Counted from the first letter of the stretch, positions 49,340 to 58,857 are shown. The stretch: DNA of 64,000 nucleotides from a virus (IMGVR_UViG_3300045973_000445:22905-86904); one strand, 5' to 3'. Notes: generated by a model from the letters alone, not told the origin. Numbers and translations are program-made.

Positions 49340-49968
49340 TATTTCTTAGTTGTGTCTTTAAAATTCTGATATTCCATATTTCTAAAATACTTGATAGAAT
49401 CTCCTTTAGGAAGATTCCCAATTTCTCCTCTACTAGTTATAACAACTGGCTGCCCTAGATCATCCTTTACTGATTTCACATCTTCTTTAGTTGCTGTTTT
49501 TCTATTAATGTTATAATTTAGAATTGAGAAGATTGTCAGAACTATTAATGAAAGTATAGCAACGATAACAGGGATCTTACTCCATGTGAATGTTCTTTTC
49601 TTTAATTTAATCTCAAGGTTCTCTCTTGCCTCTCTTATTAGTTTTTCTTTTTCTGCTTGAACTCTTCTCTGTACTTCCAACTCAGTATTGATCTCAGTTA
49701 CAGTCCCTAGTTTTTCTTTTATATCATGAATGTCAGTAAGTACGACTGCGTGTTCATTAACAAACTTTCTTACAACAAATAGTAATCCGTCTTCTTCATG
49801 CCCGTTTCCTAAACTTACTTTACTCAACCTATTAAGAAGAACAGTATTTCTTTTTATAGCTCTTGTCTGTGATCTTAAATCAGATGCTTGCCTTGCTAAG
49901 ACTAGTTCTTTCGAACAGGGATGATCTGGTTTTGGTTCCCGAATGACGGGTTTGCTTTTTGTTGTCAT
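49339..49968 (-). CDS. coiled-coil membrane protein
   Basis: Coiled coil followed by one TM helix IPVIVAILSLIVLTIFSIL. Confidence 0.6.
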   Translation of the reverse strand: MTTKSKPVIREPKPDHPCSKELVLARQASDLRSQTRAIKRNTVLLNRLSKVSLGNGHEEDGLLFVVRKFVNEHAVVLTDIHDIKEKLGTVTEINTELEVQRRVQAEKEKLIREARENLEIKLKKRTFTWSKIPVIVAILSLIVLTIFSILNYNINRKTATKEDVKSVKDDLGQPVVITSRGEIGNLPKGDSIKYFRNMEYQNFKDTTKK

Positions 49969-50061
49969 TGTGCTATTATTTCAGAGTGCTATTTTCAATT
50001 AATCCTTTTTTGCTTTTAGCGTTACTCGTTTTTTTGCTCTTTACTTGTTGAGTTGTGTACG

Positions 50062-50132
50062 ATACCCACTATTTCATTTAGTTATGTAGAATACATACCC
50101 ACTATTTTATTTAGCTATATTAAATACATACC
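50062..50132. repeat. 33-bp tandem repeat (2 copies + partial)
   Basis: atacccactatttcatttagttatgtagaatac / atacccactattttatttagctatattaaatac (28/33 identical), then atacc. Confidence 0.8.
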
Positions 50133-50134
50133 AA

Positions 50135-53100
50135 CTAAGGCATTAATATTTCTTTAATTGATATTGCAGTTACATTCCCATCAAAAGCAGGTGACGAATA
50201 TGAATATAACCATAATGCTGTAGAATCAGGGGTGTAATTTCTAATAAAAGTCCCTGAATTTAAATTATACCCGGGTAATGATCCTCCTCCATAAGGACTG
50301 GATAAGTAACCTGTCCCTACCTGAGTAATACTCGTTTTGTATGTTTTTGTTGTATTCCAAAAACCACCTCTAGCAAGAAATCCAGACGCATTACTGATTA
50401 TTTTACTATTGTCTCCAGACCAGTTTGCATCTTTAGCCCCATTCCACCAAGCCAATCCTGATGCAGCCCATGTTGCAAGTGACGGCATCATTTCTGCACT
50501 TAGCATTGCAATAGATTTTATTGGAGTGTATGCTGAATATACTGCACCATTTTTAGACCTTGCTTTCCAGTATCTTAAATCGACAGGACTCTTGGTTTCG
50601 CTTTTTGTTGTTACTCCTGCATTTAAAGTATCAATTAAAGTAAAATTAACTCCATCATCGCTACCATAAACTTCTGTTTGGCACACACCGCCTGAACCAT
50701 CCGTCCAATCTCCCTTTACTCCTCCGGATATTAAACTAAGTGTTAGATTGATAGGTTGTGTATTTACAGCAGTATCAATTTCCCATAAAGGATAAGCACC
50801 ATTATTATTTGGCGACCTATATGATTGTAAATAAGCCTTATCATCTACCCCTTGACCAGTTGGAGTTTGACTTCCTCCTGTTGATAAATCAATTATTCTG
50901 TACCCTGAATGTAATCTAGCAATATCCTTATTAGTTCGAATATCAGCCAATAATTGATTTACTTCTGCACTTGTAAAATAATGCCCACTATTAAAATATG
51001 ACATTCTTGTTAATAAGTTAAGTCTCGTTGGCTTTGTTACATTATCAAGAGCATTACTAATGACAAAATCTTCTAGATTAGTAAGATTAGTTATGTTAAT
51101 TGTTAACTCACTTTTTGAATTATCTTTGAAATTCCATAGATTAGTTAAACCTGAAATATCTCCTGTAAATTTAGATAGATTAGAACTATGTTCTACATAT
51201 TCAAGAAGTGTACAGGTTGATAAATCTCCTGTTAAATTACTCCATAATGGTAATCCATAACATAATTGTTTAAATGCTGCCTTATTAGTTAAACTACCCT
51301 GTAATCTAAGTTTATTTGTTACAAATTGACAATCTATACTTTCAATATTTGTCATATTTGTTATATCAATTAACATATCAGGGTCAGCTCCACTACCCCA
51401 ATTGAAAATTGCAATATTAACCAGATTTATTGCCCCTGATAAATCTCCTGTTAAACTTGCCTCGATAACAAATTTTGTTAGTGAGGTAAACAGATTAACC
51501 CCGCCTATTACTCCGGCAGCGTCATATAAATACAATTCTTTTAATCCTGTATTTAATCCAATAATAGTTCCACCTATCGGAATTAAATTACCAGACCACC
51601 AAAGTTTTTCAATGTTAATCGCCTTATGAAATTCATTTATTAATGCTCCTTTAGGAGTTATAGAACACGAACTTGCTTCTGTTGAAGAAGTTCCTCCAAG
51701 TGTATATTTAAAAATATTTACCCGTTCAGGATTTGTAATACAAATAAGATAGTTTTCAGTTCCAGAATAATTCTTTGAAAGTGTTGTTTCGGTTGTGCCG
51801 ATTGATATTGATTTAATTAATGTCCCATCCCCCCAGTATACCTTAGACTTTTCGTTTCCATCTGTAACTTTAAGATTAAAACTGATATTAGCAAGAACAT
51901 TGGCGTCACAATAAAGTATAATCGAATCATTTAACTGTTTATCATCTCCTGTATACTTGATAATTTTATCTATATCGCTTCCAATCTTGTTGCTAGCAAA
52001 ACTGAATATATCATCTAAATACTTTCTACTTGTCAAAGACCCATCGGTAATTTTAAAGAAATTTAATCCCTTATGAGAAGACTTACATCTTTGTGAAAAT
52101 AATAAGTAGTTTAATTCTGAAATATACCAGTTATAACTATTTGCTACATTATAAAATGTATAACTCCTAACTGCGTTTTCAAATATTGTTGTACTCGCCT
52201 TGTCCCATTGTGCAGTTGAGATATTCAACATACTATCTGCTAAATTATGTCTTGTCAAACTACCTACATGATCACTTTCATGTAAATATCCCGTAAGGTG
52301 ACTTATAACTGCTGTACTATCCAAAGGACTCCCATCAACTCCATAAGGAACTGATATGTCAGGGTAGGATGTTTTATCCTCACTCCTGTAATATACAGAA
52401 TGTCCTTTATCAAGACAGTATGTTGATATATTTGAATAATACCAGTTATTAAAATTAATTGAATTTCTTGTTAAATGATGCCCCGACCCACTTACATCTA
52501 TTCCATCTAAAAGAGTAGGATAATATAATTGCAAATCCGTCACATAATCATTATCCTTACACTGAGCAAGCGTTTTAATGCCAGTAAATTTCTTTAGATC
52601 ACAAAATCCCCAATTAATCCCTAATACCCTATAATCAAGATAATTATCATCAATATTAAAGATATAGGTACTAATATCTACATTTGATGCAGTTCCTATT
52701 TCTGCTCCATCACTTACTTTATAAATATGGCTTGTTAATCTATTTGTAATCATATATATAGTACAAATCACATCAACCCAACCTGCTGGGATTAATATAT
52801 TTTCTAATGACGCTATGACCTTAGTTTCTCCATGAACCGTACCGTCTGATTGGTGTAAATATAGTTCATCTCCTATTGTGTAAAATAAAATTCCTCTCTG
52901 TGCTCCACCGTCATTTCCAAAACACATAACCCTCTGCACTCCACTTGAAAGTTCTATTTGTTTTAACTTAAAATAGATTGTGTAACTATTACCATCAAAA
53001 ACTTTTTCAAGTGAAGATGTTTTATCCCCCATAATTGAACTTGAACCATAACCTCGATATGTAGGAGTTGTTATAGTCACATCATTTCCACCAACGCCAT

Positions 53101-53242
53101 CAGGCATAGTCAATCCATTACGACCTTTTACCCAGAAGTTAACTGATTCCCCTGCTAATGGTTTTAGTGGGTTCCAAGGAGCAACTCCACTAAGTCCTAA
53201 TCCTAGTCCTATAATAGGTTTTGATGTCCCTAGTCTCTTCAT
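50135..53242 (-). CDS. putative head-spike fibre (LamG-like + LRR-like + FN3-like)
   Basis: N-terminal IGLGLGLSG, LRR-like (L/F)TGD(L/I)S.LTNL repeats, AT-rich. Confidence 0.6.
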   Translation of the reverse strand: MKRLGTSKPIIGLGLGLSGVAPWNPLKPLAGESVNFWVKGRNGLTMPDGVGGNDVTITTPTYRGYGSSSIMGDKTSSLEKVFDGNSYTIYFKLKQIELSSGVQRVMCFGNDGGAQRGILFYTIGDELYLHQSDGTVHGETKVIASLENILIPAGWVDVICTIYMITNRLTSHIYKVSDGAEIGTASNVDISTYIFNIDDNYLDYRVLGINWGFCDLKKFTGIKTLAQCKDNDYVTDLQLYYPTLLDGIDVSGSGHHLTRNSINFNNWYYSNISTYCLDKGHSVYYRSEDKTSYPDISVPYGVDGSPLDSTAVISHLTGYLHESDHVGSLTRHNLADSMLNISTAQWDKASTTIFENAVRSYTFYNVANSYNWYISELNYLLFSQRCKSSHKGLNFFKITDGSLTSRKYLDDIFSFASNKIGSDIDKIIKYTGDDKQLNDSIILYCDANVLANISFNLKVTDGNEKSKVYWGDGTLIKSISIGTTETTLSKNYSGTENYLICITNPERVNIFKYTLGGTSSTEASSCSITPKGALINEFHKAINIEKLWWSGNLIPIGGTIIGLNTGLKELYLYDAAGVIGGVNLFTSLTKFVIEASLTGDLSGAINLVNIAIFNWGSGADPDMLIDITNMTNIESIDCQFVTNKLRLQGSLTNKAAFKQLCYGLPLWSNLTGDLSTCTLLEYVEHSSNLSKFTGDISGLTNLWNFKDNSKSELTINITNLTNLEDFVISNALDNVTKPTRLNLLTRMSYFNSGHYFTSAEVNQLLADIRTNKDIARLHSGYRIIDLSTGGSQTPTGQGVDDKAYLQSYRSPNNNGAYPLWEIDTAVNTQPINLTLSLISGGVKGDWTDGSGGVCQTEVYGSDDGVNFTLIDTLNAGVTTKSETKSPVDLRYWKARSKNGAVYSAYTPIKSIAMLSAEMMPSLATWAASGLAWWNGAKDANWSGDNSKIISNASGFLARGGFWNTTKTYKTSITQVGTGYLSSPYGGGSLPGYNLNSGTFIRNYTPDSTALWLYSYSSPAFDGNVTAISIKEILMP

Positions 53243-53243
53243 T

Positions 53244-53585
53244 CTACCAGAAAATAGAGAATGTTGCTGTTGTACCTGTTTTGTAAACCTTCTTAATTAG
53301 AAAGGGTAGTGCCTGACCAATATAAACAGCCAGCTGTGCTGCTGTAAATATGAAGTACTGTGTTCCCGTCTGATTTATCAGTTGGACCTTGATCTCACCA
53401 GCATCCACTTCAGGAATGATCTGAAAATAAGGGGGAATCCGACTCAACTTCTCATCGTTGTTCCCTACACCAAACTGTGAAGGTTCAAGGTCTACTGATC
53501 TTGTAGACATATCAATAATAGGACTTGGCTGATCTGGACTCCAGGAATCTACACCAAATAACTTATCAACTGTCAATACTCCCAT
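53244..53585 (-). CDS. putative head-spike base protein (RcGTA Rcc01079-like)
   Basis: C-terminal G..LP..IKKVYKTGTTAT...W. Directly precedes the GLGLGL fibre. Confidence 0.6.
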   Translation of the reverse strand: MGVLTVDKLFGVDSWSPDQPSPIIDMSTRSVDLEPSQFGVGNNDEKLSRIPPYFQIIPEVDAGEIKVQLINQTGTQYFIFTAAQLAVYIGQALPFLIKKVYKTGTTATFSIFW

Positions 53586-53606
53586 TGTATTCTATATTAA
53601 ATAACT

Positions 53607-54338
53607 TCAAAATTTACCTGTTAAACCTCTACGCACACCTTCCCAAACACCAACCCCAATTAATGAATGAACCCACCACTTATCAATCCATCTCTGATTA
53701 TCCTGGATGATGACCACATCCATTGTATTTATCTTTATATACTTGTTTTCTGTAGAGAATATACCCTTTGGCACTAACTTCAAATTCAGAAATCCAGTTC
53801 CAACATAACCTATTGAAATACTACCTGAAAAAGGAGTATCCAACTTAAACCATGCTTTCTTTGTAGAATCCAGCCCAGCATCAAGATTCAGATATTTATC
53901 ATGCTGTTCTAGTAATTGGAACGGATACCGAACATAGTTCCTTTTGACTCCTGATGAATCCTTTATTGTTATATACTCTGTTTTTGGAGGTAGTCCTAGT
54001 AATGAGTCCTGTCTATGTATAGTTCCTGACAGTTCTGTATTCGTAACCAGATCTTTCATGTGTATCTTCTTCAGAAGCTCTTCTCTTACCAGTCCTGCTT
54101 TGATAGCATCTTCCTGTCCTATTATAATAGCATTCTTTTCCCAGACCTGATTCTGCACCCCCTTTATCTTTACGGTAAGATGTCCTATGGAATCTTTAAG
54201 GGCTATTATGTTGCTCACCTGCTGCTCTAACACTCTCTTGGTGCTGCACTTGCCAGCTACAAACGCAAGGGCTACAAGCCCAGCAAACAGGCAAACGAGC
54301 ACTACTATTTTCTTATACTTTAACCAGATCTCTTTCAT
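53607..54338 (-). CDS. membrane protein with N- and C-terminal TM segments, possible spanin
   Basis: N-terminal TM ending AGKC, coiled coil, C-terminal WWVHSLIGVGVW. Confidence 0.45.
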   Translation of the reverse strand: MKEIWLKYKKIVVLVCLFAGLVALAFVAGKCSTKRVLEQQVSNIIALKDSIGHLTVKIKGVQNQVWEKNAIIIGQEDAIKAGLVREELLKKIHMKDLVTNTELSGTIHRQDSLLGLPPKTEYITIKDSSGVKRNYVRYPFQLLEQHDKYLNLDAGLDSTKKAWFKLDTPFSGSISIGYVGTGFLNLKLVPKGIFSTENKYIKINTMDVVIIQDNQRWIDKWWVHSLIGVGVWEGVRRGLTGKF

Positions 54339-56038
54339 TTTGCGGATAATTCAGTATTTATGTATTTTATCAATTCATTTGTAATCGGGTCTTCTGACTT
54401 CCCCTTCTGCATCCCTTCTTCAAAAGAATCAAATGGATTTTTTGCCCCACTGGAATCTCCTCCATTTTGCTGGTCAACCATTCCGTTCATTCCTGCGCCC
54501 CCGAAAGCCTGCTGAGCTTTTTGTTGTGCGTACACGCTATTTAAAATTGTATCCTTTTCAGGATCGAATACTCTCCCAGAATACTCTTTAAATTTATCCT
54601 CAAGTGAAACCATGCCGTTAGCCAACTTCTTTACATCATTGTCTAGTTTTTGCGTCTGGTCTTCCACATCAACTCCTGTAAAAACAAACTGATAATTTGA
54701 ATCAAACTCAGAAACTATAAACTTGTCTATATTCTTTTGAATCACTTTAAGCAGGGGCTTCAGCCCTTTATCCTTGCTGTGATCCTGACGTTGCTTTTGT
54801 CCCCCCTCACCAAACAGAGTGGTCTGCTGACTAAACCGAAATCCTAGCTCTGAGGGATCCATGTGAAACACGCTACAGGCCACCAACGTCAGAAACTCCA
54901 TCCATTTGCTGAACTCCATCTCTTTGTTGGTATTTTGCATATCCACCCAGTTCAGCTTATCCGCCTCAAAGATCGGAACCTTATGAGCATTCTGCCAACC
55001 TGTAACCATCGATCTCCAAGCCGACCGGAAGTCATTAAGCATTCTGGGGTCTACCCCACCCTGCATCGTAAAGAACCCACGTGGGTTTGATCCATTCGTA
55101 AAGAACCGACCATTATACTCCATTGACTCCAGAAGCCATGTGACGACACGCATCAGAACCTCCAGTTCGCTCTGACCGTATCCATTGGCCATAATAGAAC
55201 TCTGCTTGTTGCGTACCGCAAAGCACATCTCCCACGGATACCAAATCACATCCTGTTTTGTTTTTGGATTCTGAAGAACCCTCTCACGCCACACCTGAAC
55301 ATAATGAGGAAGATACTCATGCCCTTTGTAATTCAAAGACTCATACTTCCCATTTTCTGTGTTGTAATTAGGATCGATGGTCTCCAGCAACCTGATCGTT
55401 GCACTGTCCACACAATCATACGATAGCAAATCCCCTCCCCGTGTGCGCTGAGTCTCAAAGCACCCCTGATCAAGCTCAAGCATGTCCTTTGGGAATATCT
55501 TTAAAAAGTCATGGAAGTCATTGTGAACAGTAAACTTGGCATCAATACCCCCGTTCTCCAAGAAGTCAATTATCTTCTCAATAGCCCGTTTATCCTTATC
55601 TGTGTTCTTATACTCCTCTTCGAATCGTCCCATCCTACGTTTGATCGTCCACCCAGGCTTTCCTTCATCATCCGAATAATCAGCAAAATCTAGTATCTGA
55701 TTGATACGTGTGCTGATTACAGAAAAGATCATCGGGGTAGCTCCCATCGAACGCAAGAAGTCAAACGGCACAGTCTTAACGGCTGTCTTGTAGCCCATAC
55801 CTGTATAAAACTCATTATCGGGAGCAAACAGGAATGCCTTCTGCTGATCTTTAAAATCCTTACCAGTCATCGACTGCTGATACTGCAATGCCTTCATAAT
55901 ATCATCTGGCTTATTGCTCTCCAGCAACCGCTGATGCAACAGCGACTTATGAATAGATAACTTCTGCATCTGTTCATCAATCGCTGGCAGCGTCTGAGGA
56001 AGCCTTATTGCTGTATTTCTGCTTTTTCGATTTGACAT
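54335..56038 (-). CDS. portal protein
   Basis: GYGQSELE...FFTNGSNPRG...W...G.QNAHKVP...EMEFSKW...DPSELGF...GLKPLL. Confidence 0.92.
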   Translation of the reverse strand: MSNRKSRNTAIRLPQTLPAIDEQMQKLSIHKSLLHQRLLESNKPDDIMKALQYQQSMTGKDFKDQQKAFLFAPDNEFYTGMGYKTAVKTVPFDFLRSMGATPMIFSVISTRINQILDFADYSDDEGKPGWTIKRRMGRFEEEYKNTDKDKRAIEKIIDFLENGGIDAKFTVHNDFHDFLKIFPKDMLELDQGCFETQRTRGGDLLSYDCVDSATIRLLETIDPNYNTENGKYESLNYKGHEYLPHYVQVWRERVLQNPKTKQDVIWYPWEMCFAVRNKQSSIMANGYGQSELEVLMRVVTWLLESMEYNGRFFTNGSNPRGFFTMQGGVDPRMLNDFRSAWRSMVTGWQNAHKVPIFEADKLNWVDMQNTNKEMEFSKWMEFLTLVACSVFHMDPSELGFRFSQQTTLFGEGGQKQRQDHSKDKGLKPLLKVIQKNIDKFIVSEFDSNYQFVFTGVDVEDQTQKLDNDVKKLANGMVSLEDKFKEYSGRVFDPEKDTILNSVYAQQKAQQAFGGAGMNGMVDQQNGGDSSGAKNPFDSFEEGMQKGKSEDPITNELIKYINTELSAK

Positions 56039-56907
56039 TCTTGAAATAGATATTCATTAACAAAGGCTGTCACCTTATTATATAGCTCTGGGCATTCTCT
56101 AGATAGTCGTGCCTTAACGAGCTGACCCACCCGATCCTGTTTCTTTATCCCACCCCACAAATGGCTATAGCCATTATCTGTATTCTTTACCAGATCCGTA
56201 GCATCATCTGATATAACCTGCACCTGATCCCTCATCTGATGTGCTTTTATTAATGATGCTGCAAAGTACTGTTCATGGAACAGGTTCTGATGCATCAGCA
56301 CATTCTTAAAGTTCTCAAAGAAGATACTCTGGTTTTCCGGAGCAAAGATATACTCTGAACTGCATTTGATCCACTCTTTGAAAAAAGATAAATTGTGTCC
56401 CCCACAGATTCCGCAGTTGTATGCAAAATCAGTAACTTCATTATCTACAATAATCTGTGGTCTTACCTTTGCATGATCCCAGCTGGGTCTCAGAACATCA
56501 TACCATTTATAGTTTGGTACGTTCATGATCTCCTTGCTTTGAAAGCAAAGCTCTGCATCCAATATTCGCTGGGGTAGTGGTTTCCAAAGGAACACATCAT
56601 TGTCGATATGAACAAACGGCTCAGTCTGCTTGGTATACGCTACCAGTTTGCCGTATGCCCAGAACCACTTTGAGATTCCCTTTATTGAATCCAGCTCCGA
56701 TGTATATTGTGTTGCTGGAATACCGACTGCTTTTAATACTTTAACCCCCCAAGAACTAGTCACAATCTGAACATCCTCGAAATGACGCATGGCTAGATAA
56801 GTAGCCAGTGTCATCGAGTAGAGAAAGTCAGAGTAATTCTTGAAGCCCGCTTTATTGCTAAAGGACTCATCGGGGTTAAAGTACGAAAAGACAGCCCGTT
56901 TGATCAT
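56005..56907 (-). CDS. DUF6734-like / glycosyltransferase-like protein
   Basis: FWAYGKL.AY..Q.EPFVHIDNDVFLW, YNCGICGG, YSHLWG. Confidence 0.65.
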   Translation of the reverse strand: MIKRAVFSYFNPDESFSNKAGFKNYSDFLYSMTLATYLAMRHFEDVQIVTSSWGVKVLKAVGIPATQYTSELDSIKGISKWFWAYGKLVAYTKQTEPFVHIDNDVFLWKPLPQRILDAELCFQSKEIMNVPNYKWYDVLRPSWDHAKVRPQIIVDNEVTDFAYNCGICGGHNLSFFKEWIKCSSEYIFAPENQSIFFENFKNVLMHQNLFHEQYFAASLIKAHQMRDQVQVISDDATDLVKNTDNGYSHLWGGIKKQDRVGQLVKARLSRECPELYNKVTAFVNEYLFQECQIEKAEIQQ

Positions 56908-56920
56908 TGATCAGGGAATA

Positions 56921-57235
56921 TTACAGAAGTTCTAAGCCAATAGCACCACCATAATACGTTCCCTGATACAAGACATCATCCTCACGGCCAGTTTCAACTG
57001 CCGTCAGGGTCAGATCATTATCAGATGCAAACTGAATCATCTCACCAAGATCGTATTCAGAAATAGCAAAATCGAACCCTGCTCTGATTGTAGCATCGGT
57101 GAGTCCTATCTGCATCTTGCCCGATGAGTCACGCTCCTGAATCTGATACACGGTAAACTGCTGATTACCATCGATCAGGTCTGTGAGAAGCTCCACCTGC
57201 AATCCACTATCGTCTTGAAATATTAAAGTCTTCAT
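56921..57235 (-). CDS. acidic hypothetical protein
   Basis: 104-aa ORF ending YYGGAIGLELL. Confidence 0.6.
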   Translation of the reverse strand: MKTLIFQDDSGLQVELLTDLIDGNQQFTVYQIQERDSSGKMQIGLTDATIRAGFDFAISEYDLGEMIQFASDNDLTLTAVETGREDDVLYQGTYYGGAIGLELL

Positions 57236-57279
57236 TTATTAAAAAGTTTATATTATTGTCAAATATGGTTATTTCTTAT

Positions 57280-58191
57280 TTATTCTACTGGAGTTACCTT
57301 CTTCACAAGTTTTGTAACGTATCGAGGATATTCATATCCTTGAGGATCAATTAGAAACCTTGTGCCGTTTACTTCAGCAATGTAGGGATTTCCTTTTGCC
57401 TCTTTGGGACAATCCTTACTCAAAAAATTAGTACCTTGTTCATGTACAGGTAATCTGTCAATCAATGCCTTTATTTCTGGTGTGATTGCTGTCTGTTCAA
57501 CATCATCTACATTAGGCTCTTTCCGAGAGTAGTTAACCAAATCATGTAGTTTATCCACTTCAGCTGTAGATAGCTTTTTCCCTCCTTTATTTTGCTCTTT
57601 TTCAATCTCTTCTTTAGACATATCCTGATCAGGCATGTAATCCCTTCCCTGTTTTTTCAAATCATCCTTCTTTTTCTGAAAAAGATCATCTGCTAGTTTT
57701 TTCATACTTGGTGAAAGTTCCTTCTTCTCACCACCTTCTTTTTTGTATTTAGCTGGCCATTCTTTTGCCTGTTCCTTTAGTGTACGATGCTTAATAGCAT
57801 CTGTTTCATTTGAATTAGCCTCACCATACTTCTGACCAACCCTACCCAGCTTCTTATTCACACCAGTGAGTTTATACACACCACCTCTTGCCTTCAGAAT
57901 CTCCCCGAATTCCCCACGCTCAGGCTCGTCCCAAGCGATCTGTTCCCGTCTCGTATAAACCACCGCCTTTGAGAAATCGTTCCTTAGAACGCACCACTGT
58001 TGCATTCCTCCAACCTCGGCTATCATCTCATTAGAGTCAGCTTTCTCAATCTCAGATAACTCTGAAGTGAGAGCCTTCTCCATGTATCCCTTTATGATGT
58101 TGGTATTTTGTACCAGCTGAGACTGAGTGATAACCTCCAAGTGCTGGAGTCTCACCATGCTGAGGAAGTCGTCTTTGGTTATTGTTTGCAT
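57280..58191 (-). CDS. putative internal head protein
   Basis: ILKARGGVYKLTGVNKKLGRVGQKYG module. Likely start is MQTITK at 58191. Confidence 0.6.
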   Translation of the reverse strand: MQTITKDDFLSMVRLQHLEVITQSQLVQNTNIIKGYMEKALTSELSEIEKADSNEMIAEVGGMQQWCVLRNDFSKAVVYTRREQIAWDEPERGEFGEILKARGGVYKLTGVNKKLGRVGQKYGEANSNETDAIKHRTLKEQAKEWPAKYKKEGGEKKELSPSMKKLADDLFQKKKDDLKKQGRDYMPDQDMSKEEIEKEQNKGGKKLSTAEVDKLHDLVNYSRKEPNVDDVEQTAITPEIKALIDRLPVHEQGTNFLSKDCPKEAKGNPYIAEVNGTRFLIDPQGYEYPRYVTKLVKKVTPVE

Positions 58192-58224
58192 ATTATAATA
58201 ATAGAATTGAATCAAATATAAAGT

Positions 58225-58250
58225 CAAAAATAAATAATCTTTTTAAAAAT
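58225..58250 (-). promoter_or_regulatory. 26-bp conserved upstream motif, copy 4
   Basis: caaaaataaataatctttttaaaaat. The minus strand ends in TATTTTTG (TAnnTTTG). Confidence 0.65.
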
Positions 58251-58263
58251 TAAGAAGACTACA

Positions 58264-58857
58264 TCACAAGTCATAATTTTGAAACTCCTTCAGATAGGTT
58301 GCTATTGATGTGCCAAAGATATCATGGCTGTTATACTGTTTCTGCTTCTTGGCATGGTAGATATCCAAACGGTGACCATCAATTAATATATAAGTACCCC
58401 ATGATAGCAGATATTTTGAAACAGCCGTCATGCCTCCTAAATGAACTGCTGCCAGCAGACCTGACTCTGTTACAGGAATACCATCGATAACAGTACCTAT
58501 ATAACATTCATAGGGTTTCAACATCGTTTTATTTAAGTCCACCAGACTTCGTAATGCCTGTAGCTGAGCACTGGGTGGAAAGATCATCGGATTCACTTTG
58601 AACTTTCTTAAAGAGATATCACGATATCCAAGTAAGTGTAGTGTTGCTTCCTTCCACTGATGTTCCCCAAAACAGCCTATCTTATTAATGATCTTGTAAT
58701 TGTTGCGGGATTCCCGCCACCCCAAGTCATCTGCATAATGAATAAATCCCCTTCTAAGTGGCTGTGTTCTTAATATATCAAAATGAATAGGCACTACAGG
58801 TGCTGTGCAAACTATATGATTCATTACTATCAATACCAATATAATAATTCGTTTCAT
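58264..58857 (-). CDS. lysozyme-like (lytic transglycosylase-type) protein with signal peptide
   Basis: RESRNNY...N..G..G..Q, VTESGLLAAVHLGG. Likely start is MKRIII at 58857. Confidence 0.7.
   Translation of the reverse strand: MKRIIILVLIVMNHIVCTAPVVPIHFDILRTQPLRRGFIHYADDLGWRESRNNYKIINKIGCFGEHQWKEATLHLLGYRDISLRKFKVNPMIFPPSAQLQALRSLVDLNKTMLKPYECYIGTVIDGIPVTESGLLAAVHLGGMTAVSKYLLSWGTYILIDGHRLDIYHAKKQKQYNSHDIFGTSIATYLKEFQNYDL

Noticed and set aside
50062-50132. Mini CRISPR array
   Set aside because: The units are directly adjacent with no spacers, and there are no cas genes apart from the unrelated tnpB.
9254-53585. Genome-wide TAG recoding (alternative genetic code), suggested by the in-frame TAG at 21448
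   Set aside because: Other genes end cleanly at TAG with the next ATG out of frame (9254, 12203, 53244), and long genes are not fragmented under the standard code.
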